Shown piece by piece: positions 1 through 9,406 of a DNA stretch of 25,901 nucleotides; position 1 is the stretch's first letter, and each line of letters starts with the position of its first letter. Location: positions 1-25,901 of IMG/VR virus record IMGVR_UViG_3300020431_000033; one strand, written 5' to 3'. Source of the DNA: a virus. Taxonomy: Duplodnaviria; Caudoviricetes. Under the pieces are notes generated by a model. The model was not told the origin of the DNA. It saw only the letters and a list, made by a program, of their open reading frames with translations, and searched no databases. Made by a program: the position numbers and the translations under genes.

Positions 1-3000
1 GGAATCTCTAGTTCTTTCTTAACTGCTTTTGATGCTGAAAGATATTTGGTTAGCGAAAGTGGTGGTGGTATTGGAACAGTAACTTCTGATAAGTTTGTAT
101 TGAATGCTAATAGCACTGAGGCAACGGTATCTAATCTTACTAATGGATCAAATGTTGTTGTAAATGCAACTCTCATCAAGCAAGGAATTCAAAGTAAGGT
201 TAAAGAGTTAACAAGATCTACAACTTTAGAGGTAACTCTTTCTAAGTATACAAAGTCTGGAACAAACGCTAATACGTCTGTAAATGATGGACTTACTCAT
301 AACCAGTTCTATGGATTGAGAGTTCAGGATGAAGAAGTTTCACTGAATCGTCCAGATGTAACTGAGGTAGTTGCTGTATATGAGAGTTTAGACGCTAGTA
401 CTCCTTCTCTCGACACGATTACATTTACATCTACTGCAGATGTTACTAACAATGCAATCATTGGTGAAAACTTCACTGGTACAGATTCGAATGCTATTGC
501 TAGGGTTGTAACCAAACCTTCTGCAAATGTTTTGGGTGTTGTTTATCTGACTGCAGAAAAAATCAATAATGGTGAAGAAGTTACTTTTGCTGAGTCTGGT
601 ATCATAACAAATGTTCAGGCAATCACTGCTGGATCTTATAAGAATATCACAAGCAACTTTGGACTTGATAAAGGTCAAAGAGATCAGTACTATGATTACT
701 CAAGACTTGTAAGAACTAAGGACTCAACAGTTCCTTCAAGAAGATTACTTATCGTTTATGATCACTATACTATCCCAACTGAAGATGATGGTGATGTATT
801 CACTGTTCTTAGTTATGATAAAGATAGATTTACAAATGATGTTCCTCTTATCGGCAAAAATAAGGTAAGAGCATCTGATACTCTTGACTTCAGACCTAGA
901 GTTTCACAATTTACATCGACTACAGCATCTCCTTTCAACTTCCCCGCTAGAGATTTTGGAACTGTTCCTAAGTTGCTGTTAGCATCGAATGAATCTTCTC
1001 GTTTGGGTTATGATTACTATCTGGGAAGAATCGATAAGATCTATATTAATAAGTTTGGAACATTTATTGTTCAAAAAGGTATCTCTGGAATAGATCCAAA
1101 GGCACCTACCAAACTTGATAATGTTATGGAGATTGGTACAGTTACCCTTCCTCCATATCTCTACAATCCAAGTGATGCTCAACTGGATCTTGTAGATAAC
1201 AGAAGATATACAATGCGCGACATTGGTTATATCGAAGATAGAGTAGAAAACTTGGAGAGAGTTACTTCACTTTCACTTCTTGAGTTGAATACTGCTACAC
1301 TTCAGATTCAAGATGTTGATGGAAATAACAGATTCAAGAGTGGATTCTTTGTAGACGACTTCAGATCCAATGAGTTTATTGATAATGAACTCTCTGAAGT
1401 TCAGGTTGATCCACAAACTCAAGAGTTAACTCCTGTTATTGCTAGAAATACTCTTAAGAGTCAACTTGCTCCTGCAGAAGAGTTGATTGATACTGTTCTC
1501 GATCTTTCAACTAACTATCCTCTCCTCGATTCTAATGTACAAAAAACTGGTAAGGCAGTTACATTAGCATATGAAGAGAAAGGTTGGATTGAGCAACCAT
1601 TAGCAACTAGAGTTGAGAATGTAAATCCATTCCACGTTGTTCTCTACACTGGTAATGTTGAGTTAAATCCTGCTCAAGATAGTTGGGTTAGAACGATTAG
1701 AATTCCACCCCGTAATGTAAGTGGCGGAACATCTAACGTCTCTCTTGGTGGTGGATGGAGAGTATTTGCTGGTACTGTAACTCAAGTAACTACAAGAGAT
1801 GTAGTCGTATCTTCTGGTAATGATGCATTCATGCGCTCCAGAAATACTGAGTTTGATATCACAAACATCAAACCACTTACTAAGTTCTATCAGTTCTTTG
1901 ATGGAAACGGATCTGTTGATTATGTTCCCAAGTTACTTGAGATTGCTAATGATAGCACCCTTGAAGAAACAGGTGCCTCAGGTGCATTCACAGTTGGAGA
2001 GACTGTACATGGAACTGATTCTGAGGGAAATATTTTAATCAGATTCAGAGTTGCACAGTCAAACCATAAAGAAGGTCCATTTAACGCTCCAACTAGAGTA
2101 TACAATATCAACCCATATGTAAAGAGTGAGAATCTTCAGGCAGATTACAGTTCTTCTTCAAAAGTACTGAATGTTGATACATTTGCACTCTCCGAAGAAG
2201 CTCAGGGCAGATACTTTGGTTATGTAATCAAGGGAATGAAGTTGGTTGGTCAAGAAAGTGGTTCTGTTGCCTATCTGAAGGATATCAGACTCATTTCAGA
2301 TAACTATGGTGATTTGAAAGGAACATTCTTCCTCAAAGATCCATATGCTACTCCATCTCCTGCTGTTAAGATTGAAACAGGAACTAAATCTTACAAGGTT
2401 ACTAACAGCCCAACTAATGCTGAACCCCTCCCAGGTAGTAACTTGATTTCAAGTGCTGAGACAGAATATAAGGCAGAGGGTGTCTTCCAGGTCAGACAAA
2501 TGGTTCAGACCAGAAGAACTATCAATCGCTTCGTAGACCCCCTTGCACAGTCCTTCACGGTGGGTGGAAACGTTGAAACGACCTCTGACGCCACCGGCGG
2601 AAACGACGATACTAACGGCGCTTATTTAACCGCTGTAGACCTGTTCTTTGCTAACAAGGATTCTAATAACAACCCAGTAAGAGTTGAAATTAGAACAGTT
2701 GAACTTGGTACACCAACAAGAGATATCATTGGCGATACTGTAACACTCAGACCCGAAGATATTACCGTATCAAGAACTGGAGAAACTGCTACTAAGGTTT
2801 CCTTCCCATATCCAATCTTCCTTGAGCCATCAAGAGAATATGCGATTGTGGTTGTTTCTGAAGCAAGTGATGAGTATGAGTTGTGGACTGCTCGTATGGG
2901 TGAAGTAACTGTTAATACTCAGTCACTTCCTGATGCAGAGGCAGTCAGATATACCAAGCAGTTTGCACTGGGTAGTCTGTTTAAGTCACAAAACGGAACC

Positions 3001-5034
3001 ATCTGGACTGCTGATCAGTATCAAGATCTTAAGTTCAAACTGTATAAGGCGAACTTTACATCTAACTCTGGTACAGCATACTTCTACAATCCAACTCTGG
3101 ATGAAAGTAATGGATATGTTCAGATTCTGGGCGAGAATCCAATCACAACACTTCCCAAAACTGCAACTCTTGGAATCACAACCGCATTTGATGCTACTAC
3201 CCAACAAGATTTGGTAGTTGGTAGAAAGATTGTTGGAGCAGAAGATTTCGTTACTGCTACTGTATCCGCTACAGGTAGTTGTGTTGCTAATATTGGTATT
3301 GGAACCAGTGGTTCTTCTTACGTAAGTGATACCAATGTTTCAACTTACAATATTATCGGTTCTGGTTCAGGATTAACTCTGAATATCACTGCCGCTGCTG
3401 ATGGAGTTAAGGGTATTACAAATGTAAGTATTGGTAATACTGGTAATGGTTATCAGCAAGGTGATGTAGTTGGAATTGTTACTTCATCTGTTTCTTCACT
3501 CTCAGGAACTGATGCTACTATCAATATTCAAGCAGTTCAGGGTGTTGATACTCTGTATCTAACAGATCTTAAGGGAGATTCCTTTACTGTTGGTGCAGCG
3601 GTAAGTTTCATGGACAATAGTGGTAATCTTGTTTCACTTGCTAACACAACTATTTCAAGTTACACAGAGACTGGTTCTGCTAATTCTGGTAACTATATTA
3701 AAGTAAGTCATTTCGATCATGGAATGTATTCAGATACGAACAGAGTTGTACTTAGTGATATCGAATCTAATATCCCACCAACGACACTTTCTTCTAACTT
3801 ATCTTCTCAGGAAGTTGATACTATTAGTGTTGCTAGCACTACTAATTTCCTCACCTTTGAGGGTGTTGCTGTTAGTGCTGCTAATACCGGGTATGTATTG
3901 ATTGAGAATGAGATTATTGGTTATGATGCTGTTGGTGAAAATATCCTTGAGGTTGCTACAAACGGTAGAGGAGTTGATTCTACTTTGGTCATCGATCACT
4001 CAAGTTCAACCAAAGTTGCTAAGTATGAGTTGAATGGCGTTTCTCTCAGAAGAATCAATACAACTCATGATATCAGCAATATTGATATTGAGATGGATAA
4101 GTATAGCATTGAGATTAATAGGTCTCAAAATGGTCTGAATAGAACTTCTGACGATGCAGGACTTAGAGCACCTGAACTCTCATTCAATGATGAGTCTGAT
4201 TTGGGTGGTTCAACTTCTAAGGCATCTGAGAATATTCAGTTTGGTGCAATCATTCCAAACTACTATGTTGCAACTCCAGGTACAAACACATCTGCTACTG
4301 GTCAAATCAGAACTGTATCAGGAACAAGTGTTGATGGTACAGAAGTATCATTCTTGGATAATGGATTTGAAAATGTAGAGTTGAATAAGATTAACCTGTT
4401 GAGTTCTACAAGAATCGTTGCTTCTGAAGTTAATGAGAATGCAAGATTGACTAATCTTCCTAGGAAGAAATCCTTCACTACTGCAGTAACATTGACTACT
4501 GAGGATAACAATCTTTCACCTATAATCTATACAGATGCAGCATACACAGAGTTTAGAAATAGTCGTGTAAACAATCCCATCAGCGATTATGCGGCAGATA
4601 ACAGAGTTAACTCACTGCTATTTGATCCTAATGCTGGTGTTTACGTTTCGAACACAGTTAATCTCAAAAATCCAGCTACTGGTTTGAAGGTTATCTTGTC
4701 CGCTTACAGAGATTCTACAGCAGATATTAGAGTTCTTTACAGTTTGGTAAGAGCAGATTCTGCTGAAGTTGAGCAAGAGTTTGAGTTGTTCCCAGGTTAT
4801 GATAATCTTTCACTTTCTGGAGTTGGTAAACTTGAGGTTGTAAATCCTACTAATAATAGTGGTAGACCTGACGTTATTGTTCCAGCAAGTCTTGATAATC
4901 AATTCCTTGAATATGAGTTCACTGCTAATGATTTAGATCTGTTTACTGGTTACAGAATCAAGATTATCATGGCGGGCACTAGCCAGGCGAAGGCTCCAAG
5001 AATTAAAGATCTTAGAACAATCGCCGTAAGATGA
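1..5034 (+). CDS. Giant virion structural protein (VrlC-like / DUF4815-type, probably baseplate/tail associated), 5'-truncated by the window
   Basis: Frame 1 is open from base 1 (GISSSFLTAFDAERYLV...), so the TTG at 46 is not the true start. Motifs DFRPRV, YYLGRIDK, NRRYTMRDIGYIEDRVENLE, RFKSGFFVDDF, DPLAQSF, GSLFKSQNGTIWT and C-terminal PRIKDLRTIA are typical of the large conserved T4-like cyanophage structural protein. Family name is from recall. Confidence 0.8.
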   Translation, partial: GISSSFLTAFDAERYLVSESGGGIGTVTSDKFVLNANSTEATVSNLTNGSNVVVNATLIKQGIQSKVKELTRSTTLEVTLSKYTKSGTNANTSVNDGLTHNQFYGLRVQDEEVSLNRPDVTEVVAVYESLDASTPSLDTITFTSTADVTNNAIIGENFTGTDSNAIARVVTKPSANVLGVVYLTAEKINNGEEVTFAESGIITNVQAITAGSYKNITSNFGLDKGQRDQYYDYSRLVRTKDSTVPSRRLLIVYDHYTIPTEDDGDVFTVLSYDKDRFTNDVPLIGKNKVRASDTLDFRPRVSQFTSTTASPFNFPARDFGTVPKLLLASNESSRLGYDYYLGRIDKIYINKFGTFIVQKGISGIDPKAPTKLDNVMEIGTVTLPPYLYNPSDAQLDLVDNRRYTMRDIGYIEDRVENLERVTSLSLLELNTATLQIQDVDGNNRFKSGFFVDDFRSNEFIDNELSEVQVDPQTQELTPVIARNTLKSQLAPAEELIDTVLDLSTNYPLLDSNVQKTGKAVTLAYEEKGWIEQPLATRVENVNPFHVVLYTGNVELNPAQDSWVRTIRIPPRNVSGGTSNVSLGGGWRVFAGTVTQVTTRDVVVSSGNDAFMRSRNTEFDITNIKPLTKFYQFFDGNGSVDYVPKLLEIANDSTLEETGASGAFTVGETVHGTDSEGNILIRFRVAQSNHKEGPFNAPTRVYNINPYVKSENLQADYSSSSKVLNVDTFALSEEAQGRYFGYVIKGMKLVGQESGSVAYLKDIRLISDNYGDLKGTFFLKDPYATPSPAVKIETGTKSYKVTNSPTNAEPLPGSNLISSAETEYKAEGVFQVRQMVQTRRTINRFVDPLAQSFTVGGNVETTSDATGGNDDTNGAYLTAVDLFFANKDSNNNPVRVEIRTVELGTPTRDIIGDTVTLRPEDITVSRTGETATKVSFPYPIFLEPSREYAIVVVSEASDEYELWTARMGEVTVNTQSLPDAEAVRYTKQFALGSLFKSQNGTIWTADQYQDLKFKLYKANFTSNSGTAYFYNPTLDESNGYVQILGENPITTLPKTATLGITTAFDATTQQDLVVGRKIVGAEDFVTATVSATGSCVANIGIGTSGSSYVSDTNVSTYNIIGSGSGLTLNITAAADGVKGITNVSIGNTGNGYQQGDVVGIVTSSVSSLSGTDATINIQAVQGVDTLYLTDLKGDSFTVGAAVSFMDNSGNLVSLANTTISSYTETGSANSGNYIKVSHFDHGMYSDTNRVVLSDIESNIPPTTLSSNLSSQEVDTISVASTTNFLTFEGVAVSAANTGYVLIENEIIGYDAVGENILEVATNGRGVDSTLVIDHSSSTKVAKYELNGVSLRRINTTHDISNIDIEMDKYSIEINRSQNGLNRTSDDAGLRAPELSFNDESDLGGSTSKASENIQFGAIIPNYYVATPGTNTSATGQIRTVSGTSVDGTEVSFLDNGFENVELNKINLLSSTRIVASEVNENARLTNLPRKKSFTTAVTLTTEDNNLSPIIYTDAAYTEFRNSRVNNPISDYAADNRVNSLLFDPNAGVYVSNTVNLKNPATGLKVILSAYRDSTADIRVLYSLVRADSAEVEQEFELFPGYDNLSLSGVGKLEVVNPTNNSGRPDVIVPASLDNQFLEYEFTANDLDLFTGYRIKIIMAGTSQAKAPRIKDLRTIAVR

Positions 5035-5237
5035 TAAGAGTTGAAGGGCACCAGCATCTCTACAGAGATGAAAAAACTGGTGCTATTGTAAACTGTGATA
5101 GCGTTGCATACAATCAGTATGTCTCTACTGTTAATAGACGAAAGTTCGAGAAAAAAGAACTTTCTGATATGAGAGCAGAGATTGACGAACTTAAATCACT
5201 AGTAAAGGAGATCTTGAATGGAAATGAATCCAGATGA
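5031..5237 (+). CDS. Conserved small phage protein with C-terminal coiled coil
   Basis: ATGA overlap with the upstream stop; 68 aa; VEGHQHLYRDEKTGAIVN followed by a heptad-like helix (LSDMRAEIDELKSLVKEIL). Confidence 0.8.
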   Translation: MIRVEGHQHLYRDEKTGAIVNCDSVAYNQYVSTVNRRKFEKKELSDMRAEIDELKSLVKEILNGNESR

Positions 5238-5397
5238 AATTGTTTTAGAGACGATGAATAAATCTTTTGCATATGAAAAACTTGCAAGAGATATCGAAGA
5301 TGTTAAAGATCCAGATCTTTTAAGAGAAGTTGCAAAGTGTTATATTAAACTTTATTTTAAACAACAAGAAGTTGTTTCCAAGATGGGAGCACTGTGA
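5224..5397 (+). CDS. 57-aa helical protein, NblA-like (candidate phycobilisome degradation adaptor)
   Basis: Hand translation: MNPDEIVLETMNKSFAYEKLARDIEDVKDPDLLREVAKCYIKLYFKQQEVVSKMGAL*. It fills the gap between two genes and overlaps the upstream ORF by 14 nt. Size and two-helix pattern resemble NblA. Absent from the ORF track, whose shortest entries are 60 aa. The ORF is well supported; the function is tentative. Confidence 0.6.
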   Translation: MNPDEIVLETMNKSFAYEKLARDIEDVKDPDLLREVAKCYIKLYFKQQEVVSKMGAL

Positions 5398-5398
5398 A

Positions 5399-5406
5399 TA
5401 TAAATA
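5399..5406 (+). promoter_or_regulatory. T4-type late promoter (gp55-dependent)
   Basis: Exact TATAAATA in the intergenic gap, 26 nt before the ATG at 5433. Confidence 0.8.
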
Positions 5407-5432
5407 CATACTAGGTTCCCCTATCCGATTTC

Positions 5433-5660
5433 ATGGCTGATATCAAGGTTAGAGTAGGTCAACAACCTGCAGTTAAAGTTGTATCTTCATTAGGAGGTGC
5501 TCAGGGGGGTTCATTAGCAGAACTGAGTGATGTAAGTATCACTAATCCATCAGATGGAACAGTTTTGGTTTATAACAATACTACTAAAAAGTTTGAAGGA
5601 ACTAATGAACTAACCACTGGCGCCACACAAAATCTCACTATTAATGGTGGGGTCTTCTAA
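5433..5660 (+). CDS. Small fibre-associated/structural protein
   Basis: 75 aa; LAELSDVSITNPSDGTVLVYNNTTKKF resembles the LxxLxDV...GxVLxYxxxxxKW/F repeat of phage fibre proteins; ends in INGGVF; TAATG coupling to the next gene. Confidence 0.7.
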   Translation: MADIKVRVGQQPAVKVVSSLGGAQGGSLAELSDVSITNPSDGTVLVYNNTTKKFEGTNELTTGATQNLTINGGVF

Positions 5661-6946
5661 TGGCAGTAAAGATTCAACTTAAAAGATCTACTGGAACATC
5701 ATTACCAACCACTATTGGTTTTGGTGAGTTAGCTCACATTTCTGGTATTGGTAGTTTCGGTGGTGATAATCAATATAGCGACAGACTGTTTATTGGTCAT
5801 AATGACGCTACATCTCCAACAATAGTACCTGTTGGTGGTAGATATTATACATCAATGATGGATCACACCCCTGGTGCCATCGCTGCTGTAACTAATAGCG
5901 TCAACCATGATGGTGGTATTGTTGTTGTATTGGATAGTGATAGGAAGGTTGATCAATTTAACGTTGATAATCTAAGACTTGATGGAAATACTTTATCATC
6001 AACTGATACTGACGGGGATATTATATTGGACCCTGATGGGTCTGGAAGAGTAGTTGTTAACTCTCATATTGATATTACAGGAGTTACAACATTCAATAGT
6101 GGCATCTATGTAAATGGTGTTGCAACATTCAATGATGGTGTTGCTATTAATAATGTTGGTATTGAGACAAATTTAATAAAAACAACAAGTGGCAATACAC
6201 TTTATATTGATCCTTTCCCCGATGGATTGGATAATGAAGGAACAGTAGTTATAAAAGGTGATCTTCAAGTTGATGGAACATCCAATATTGTAAATTCATC
6301 TGAACTTAGTATTAATGATCCTATTATTACATTAGGAGTAACAACCACCACTCGGACTGTGATGCAACCAGTCATTAGTGGTGTTTCTACTATTACGATT
6401 GATTCTGTTGTTGGTCTTAATACTGGAGATTTAGTAGCTGGTAGTGGATCTATTAGTGCTGGTAGTACTATTACTAATATTGATACTTCCACTGAAATCA
6501 TTACGATTAGTAATGTTACTACATCAGGGATTGCGACTGAAACTCAACTTGTTTTTACAGTAAATGTAGACACTAATACTGATAGAGGTGTTGCTTTTGC
6601 TTACGCCACTTCTGATGGTGTTGGTGCTGGTAGAACTGGATTCTTTGGTTATAACGATAGTGCTGGTGAAGGCAGTGCTGCTGTTGAAAGATCTTGGACT
6701 TATATTCCAGATGCCACTATTGTTAATAATGTAGTTACAGGAACCAGAGGTTTCCTAGATATTAAAGGTATTTACTACCAGACTGGAGATTTCAGTAACA
6801 ACGGAATCGTATTCTTTGATGTTAATGGATTGCAAACTTCTACAGTTTCTCCTGGTTCTGGTATCAGTACGTCAAACTTTGTTTTGACGACAAATGAGTC
6901 AAATACCCCCACTTGGACTGATACCTTGGATGGAGGATCTTATTGA
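5660..6946 (+). CDS. Tail/neck fibre-like virion protein
   Basis: N-terminal IQLKRSTG...P..L/I.FGELA is a typical fibre attachment motif; beta-rich G/T/S/V composition; IILDPDGSG and GDLQVDGT repeats; ends LDGGSY. It lies just before g13, the position of wac in T4. Confidence 0.7.
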   Translation: MAVKIQLKRSTGTSLPTTIGFGELAHISGIGSFGGDNQYSDRLFIGHNDATSPTIVPVGGRYYTSMMDHTPGAIAAVTNSVNHDGGIVVVLDSDRKVDQFNVDNLRLDGNTLSSTDTDGDIILDPDGSGRVVVNSHIDITGVTTFNSGIYVNGVATFNDGVAINNVGIETNLIKTTSGNTLYIDPFPDGLDNEGTVVIKGDLQVDGTSNIVNSSELSINDPIITLGVTTTTRTVMQPVISGVSTITIDSVVGLNTGDLVAGSGSISAGSTITNIDTSTEIITISNVTTSGIATETQLVFTVNVDTNTDRGVAFAYATSDGVGAGRTGFFGYNDSAGEGSAAVERSWTYIPDATIVNNVVTGTRGFLDIKGIYYQTGDFSNNGIVFFDVNGLQTSTVSPGSGISTSNFVLTTNESNTPTWTDTLDGGSY

Positions 6947-7110
6947 TGAATGAAGAAGTTGATGTGAATGCTTTGATAACACTATATAATCAAAAAGTTT
7001 CGCAATTATCAAATCAAAATATATTATTAGAAGCAAAGTTACAAACGTTGATGCAAGATTTCAAAGAATTGAAAGAGAAATACGATGAAACTCAATCTAC
7101 TTATGAATAG
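6946..7110 (+). CDS. 54-aa coiled-coil protein
   Basis: Hand translation: MNEEVDVNALITLYNQKVSQLSNQNILLEAKLQTLMQDFKELKEKYDETQSTYE*. TGATG overlap with the fibre stop; fills the gap before g13; absent from the ORF track. Confidence 0.75.
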   Translation: MNEEVDVNALITLYNQKVSQLSNQNILLEAKLQTLMQDFKELKEKYDETQSTYE

Positions 7111-7118
7111 ACAGTAAA

Positions 7119-7988
7119 ATGGCAAAACCTACAACAAGACAAACATTAATCGATTACTGCCTTAGAAGGTTGGGTGCTCCTGTATTGGAAATCAACGTTG
7201 ATGATGATCAGATTGATGATTTAGTTGATGATACTATTCAACTTTTCAATGAGCGTCATTTTGACGGTGTTGAAAGAATGTTCTTAAAATATAAGATATC
7301 ACAAACAGATATTGATCGTGGTAGAGGTCAGGGTGTTGGTGGTGCAACTGGGATTAGTACCACAGGGGTTGGTATTGTAACAACAACTGTTACTCAAAAT
7401 AATGTTGTAGGTGTTGGAACTGCTAACTATCACTACTACGAAAACTCAAACTATATTCAGGTTCCTGATCCAGTTATAGGAATCGAAAAAGTATTTAAGT
7501 TCAATACCAGTGAGATATCTGGTAGTATGTTTAGTATTAAGTATCAGTTGTTTTTGAACGATATGTATAATTTCAATTCAATTGATCTTTTACAGTATTC
7601 AATGGTGAAGACATACTTGTCCGATATTGATTACTTATTGACTACAGATAAACAGATAAGATTTAATAAGAGTCAAGATAGATTATATTTGGATATTGAT
7701 TATGAAGAATTGACTGTTGATGACTTCTTGGTTATTGATTGTTATAGAGCATTAGATCCTGCTGATTTTGCAAAAGTTTATAATGATTCTTTTGTAAAGA
7801 GATATCTTACCGCATTGATCAAGAGGCAATGGGGTCAAAACTTGATTAAGTTCAGGGGAGTAAAACTTCCTGGCGGAATTGAGTTGAATGGTAGAGAAAT
7901 CTATGAAGATGCTGAAAGAGAAATAGAAGATTTAAGGTCGAAAATGACTAGTGAATATGAATTACCACCTTACGACTTTATTGGATAA
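7119..7988 (+). CDS. g13: Neck protein gp13
   Basis: LIDYCLRRLGAPVLEINVDDDQ, FNERHFDG and KRQWGQNLIKFRGVKLPGGIELNG are characteristic gp13 motifs; synteny. Confidence 0.95.
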   Translation: MAKPTTRQTLIDYCLRRLGAPVLEINVDDDQIDDLVDDTIQLFNERHFDGVERMFLKYKISQTDIDRGRGQGVGGATGISTTGVGIVTTTVTQNNVVGVGTANYHYYENSNYIQVPDPVIGIEKVFKFNTSEISGSMFSIKYQLFLNDMYNFNSIDLLQYSMVKTYLSDIDYLLTTDKQIRFNKSQDRLYLDIDYEELTVDDFLVIDCYRALDPADFAKVYNDSFVKRYLTALIKRQWGQNLIKFRGVKLPGGIELNGREIYEDAEREIEDLRSKMTSEYELPPYDFIG

Positions 7989-9406
7989 TGGCACTTAATC
8001 CCTTCTTTCTCCAAGGCGCACAATCAGAGCAAAGACTGATTCAGGATCTCATTAATGAGCAACTGACCATCTATGGCGTCGAAGTTACATATATTCCCAG
8101 AAAATATGTAAGAAAACAAACCATCATTGAAGAAGTTCAATCATCCAAGTTTGATGATAACTTTGCATTGGAAGCATACGTCAATACCTATGAAGGGTAT
8201 TCTGGTGCAGGTGATGTTCTTACTAAGTTTGGTGTAAGTCTCAGAGATGAGGTTGTTTTAACAATATCAAAAGAAAGATTTGAAGATTTCATTGCACCAT
8301 TCTTATCTTCGATGCCTGATGATGAAATCGAAGTTGCATCAAGACCAAGAGAAGGTGATTTAGTTTATTTCCCTTTAGGTCAAAGATTGTTCGAAGTAAA
8401 ATTTGTCGAGCACGAAAAACCTTTCTATCAGTTAGGAAAAAACTACGTATATGAACTTCAGTGTGAACTCTTCGAATATGAAGACGAAGTTATCGATACA
8501 TCCATCGATGCAATCGATACTCAGGTTCAAGATGAAGGTTACATTACAACGGTTCAGTTGGTAGGTGCCGGTGTTACCGCAACAGCAAGTGTTACTCGTA
8601 ATAGTGGATATATTAGACAGATTTTCTTAAATGATGACGGTGCAGGTTATACCACTGTTCCAAATGTTGCTATCTCAACTGCGCCAGATATTCCTGGTAG
8701 AGTTGATGCTACTGCAGTGGCGATTACAACAGTAAGAGGTGGAGTTCATTCTATTGAAAGTATTAGACTAACTAATGCTGGTTGTAGATATAGTACACCT
8801 CCAACCATTACGATTACTGGTGGTGGTGGAACAGGAGCAGCTGCAACATGTAGTGTAGAAACTGTTCTTGATGGTATTACGAATATAAGCGTTGTTCAAG
8901 AAGGAAGTGGTTATGTAGTTGCTCCTGCTATAGGTTTCATTAATGAGTTTACGGGTGTTGGAACTGGTCCAGCAGCTGCAGTAGCGGTGATGAAGGAAAG
9001 TAGTTCTGTTGGTCTTGCCGTAAGTAATTTCCAAATCCTTGATCCTGGTGCAGGAATTTCTGGTATTGTTACCGTAACCATCGGAAACCCTGCATTTATC
9101 AGTACAACTGGTAACTACCAGTTCAACGAACTTGTAACAGGACAGAGTAGTGGAACTGAAGGTAGAGTCAAAGAATGGGATCTTGATACCTTGATTCTCA
9201 AAGTTTCTAATGTAGGAATCGGCACAACTGCCGTAGGATTCTTACCTGGTGAAACAGTTGTTGGTTCTTCTTCCTCTACTGTATATGCAGTTCAATCCTA
9301 TAACAAGGATGATATATATGATGAATATGCTTCTAATGATGAAATAGAAGCAGAAGCAGATTTAATCCTTGATTTCACACAATCTAATCCATTCGGTTCA
9401 TACTAA
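7988..9406 (+). CDS. g14: Neck protein gp14, with inserted beta-repeat region
   Basis: EQRLIQDLINE, YGVEVTYIPR, SKF/TKFG, RPREGDLVYFP, FEVKFVEHEKPFYQLGKNYVYELQCELFEY and C-terminal LDFTQSNPFG; synteny. Confidence 0.93.
   Translation: MALNPFFLQGAQSEQRLIQDLINEQLTIYGVEVTYIPRKYVRKQTIIEEVQSSKFDDNFALEAYVNTYEGYSGAGDVLTKFGVSLRDEVVLTISKERFEDFIAPFLSSMPDDEIEVASRPREGDLVYFPLGQRLFEVKFVEHEKPFYQLGKNYVYELQCELFEYEDEVIDTSIDAIDTQVQDEGYITTVQLVGAGVTATASVTRNSGYIRQIFLNDDGAGYTTVPNVAISTAPDIPGRVDATAVAITTVRGGVHSIESIRLTNAGCRYSTPPTITITGGGGTGAAATCSVETVLDGITNISVVQEGSGYVVAPAIGFINEFTGVGTGPAAAVAVMKESSSVGLAVSNFQILDPGAGISGIVTVTIGNPAFISTTGNYQFNELVTGQSSGTEGRVKEWDLDTLILKVSNVGIGTTAVGFLPGETVVGSSSSTVYAVQSYNKDDIYDEYASNDEIEAEADLILDFTQSNPFGSY

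Noticed and set aside
46-48. TTG start of the 1662-aa ORF given by the track
   Set aside because: The frame is open back to base 1; the real start lies upstream of the window.
5504-5509. G6 run in the 75-aa ORF (and G6 at 18291-18296 in g20) as slippage or phase-variation sites
   Set aside because: Both encode Gly-Gly in intact frames; I saw no stimulatory structure or useful alternative-frame product.
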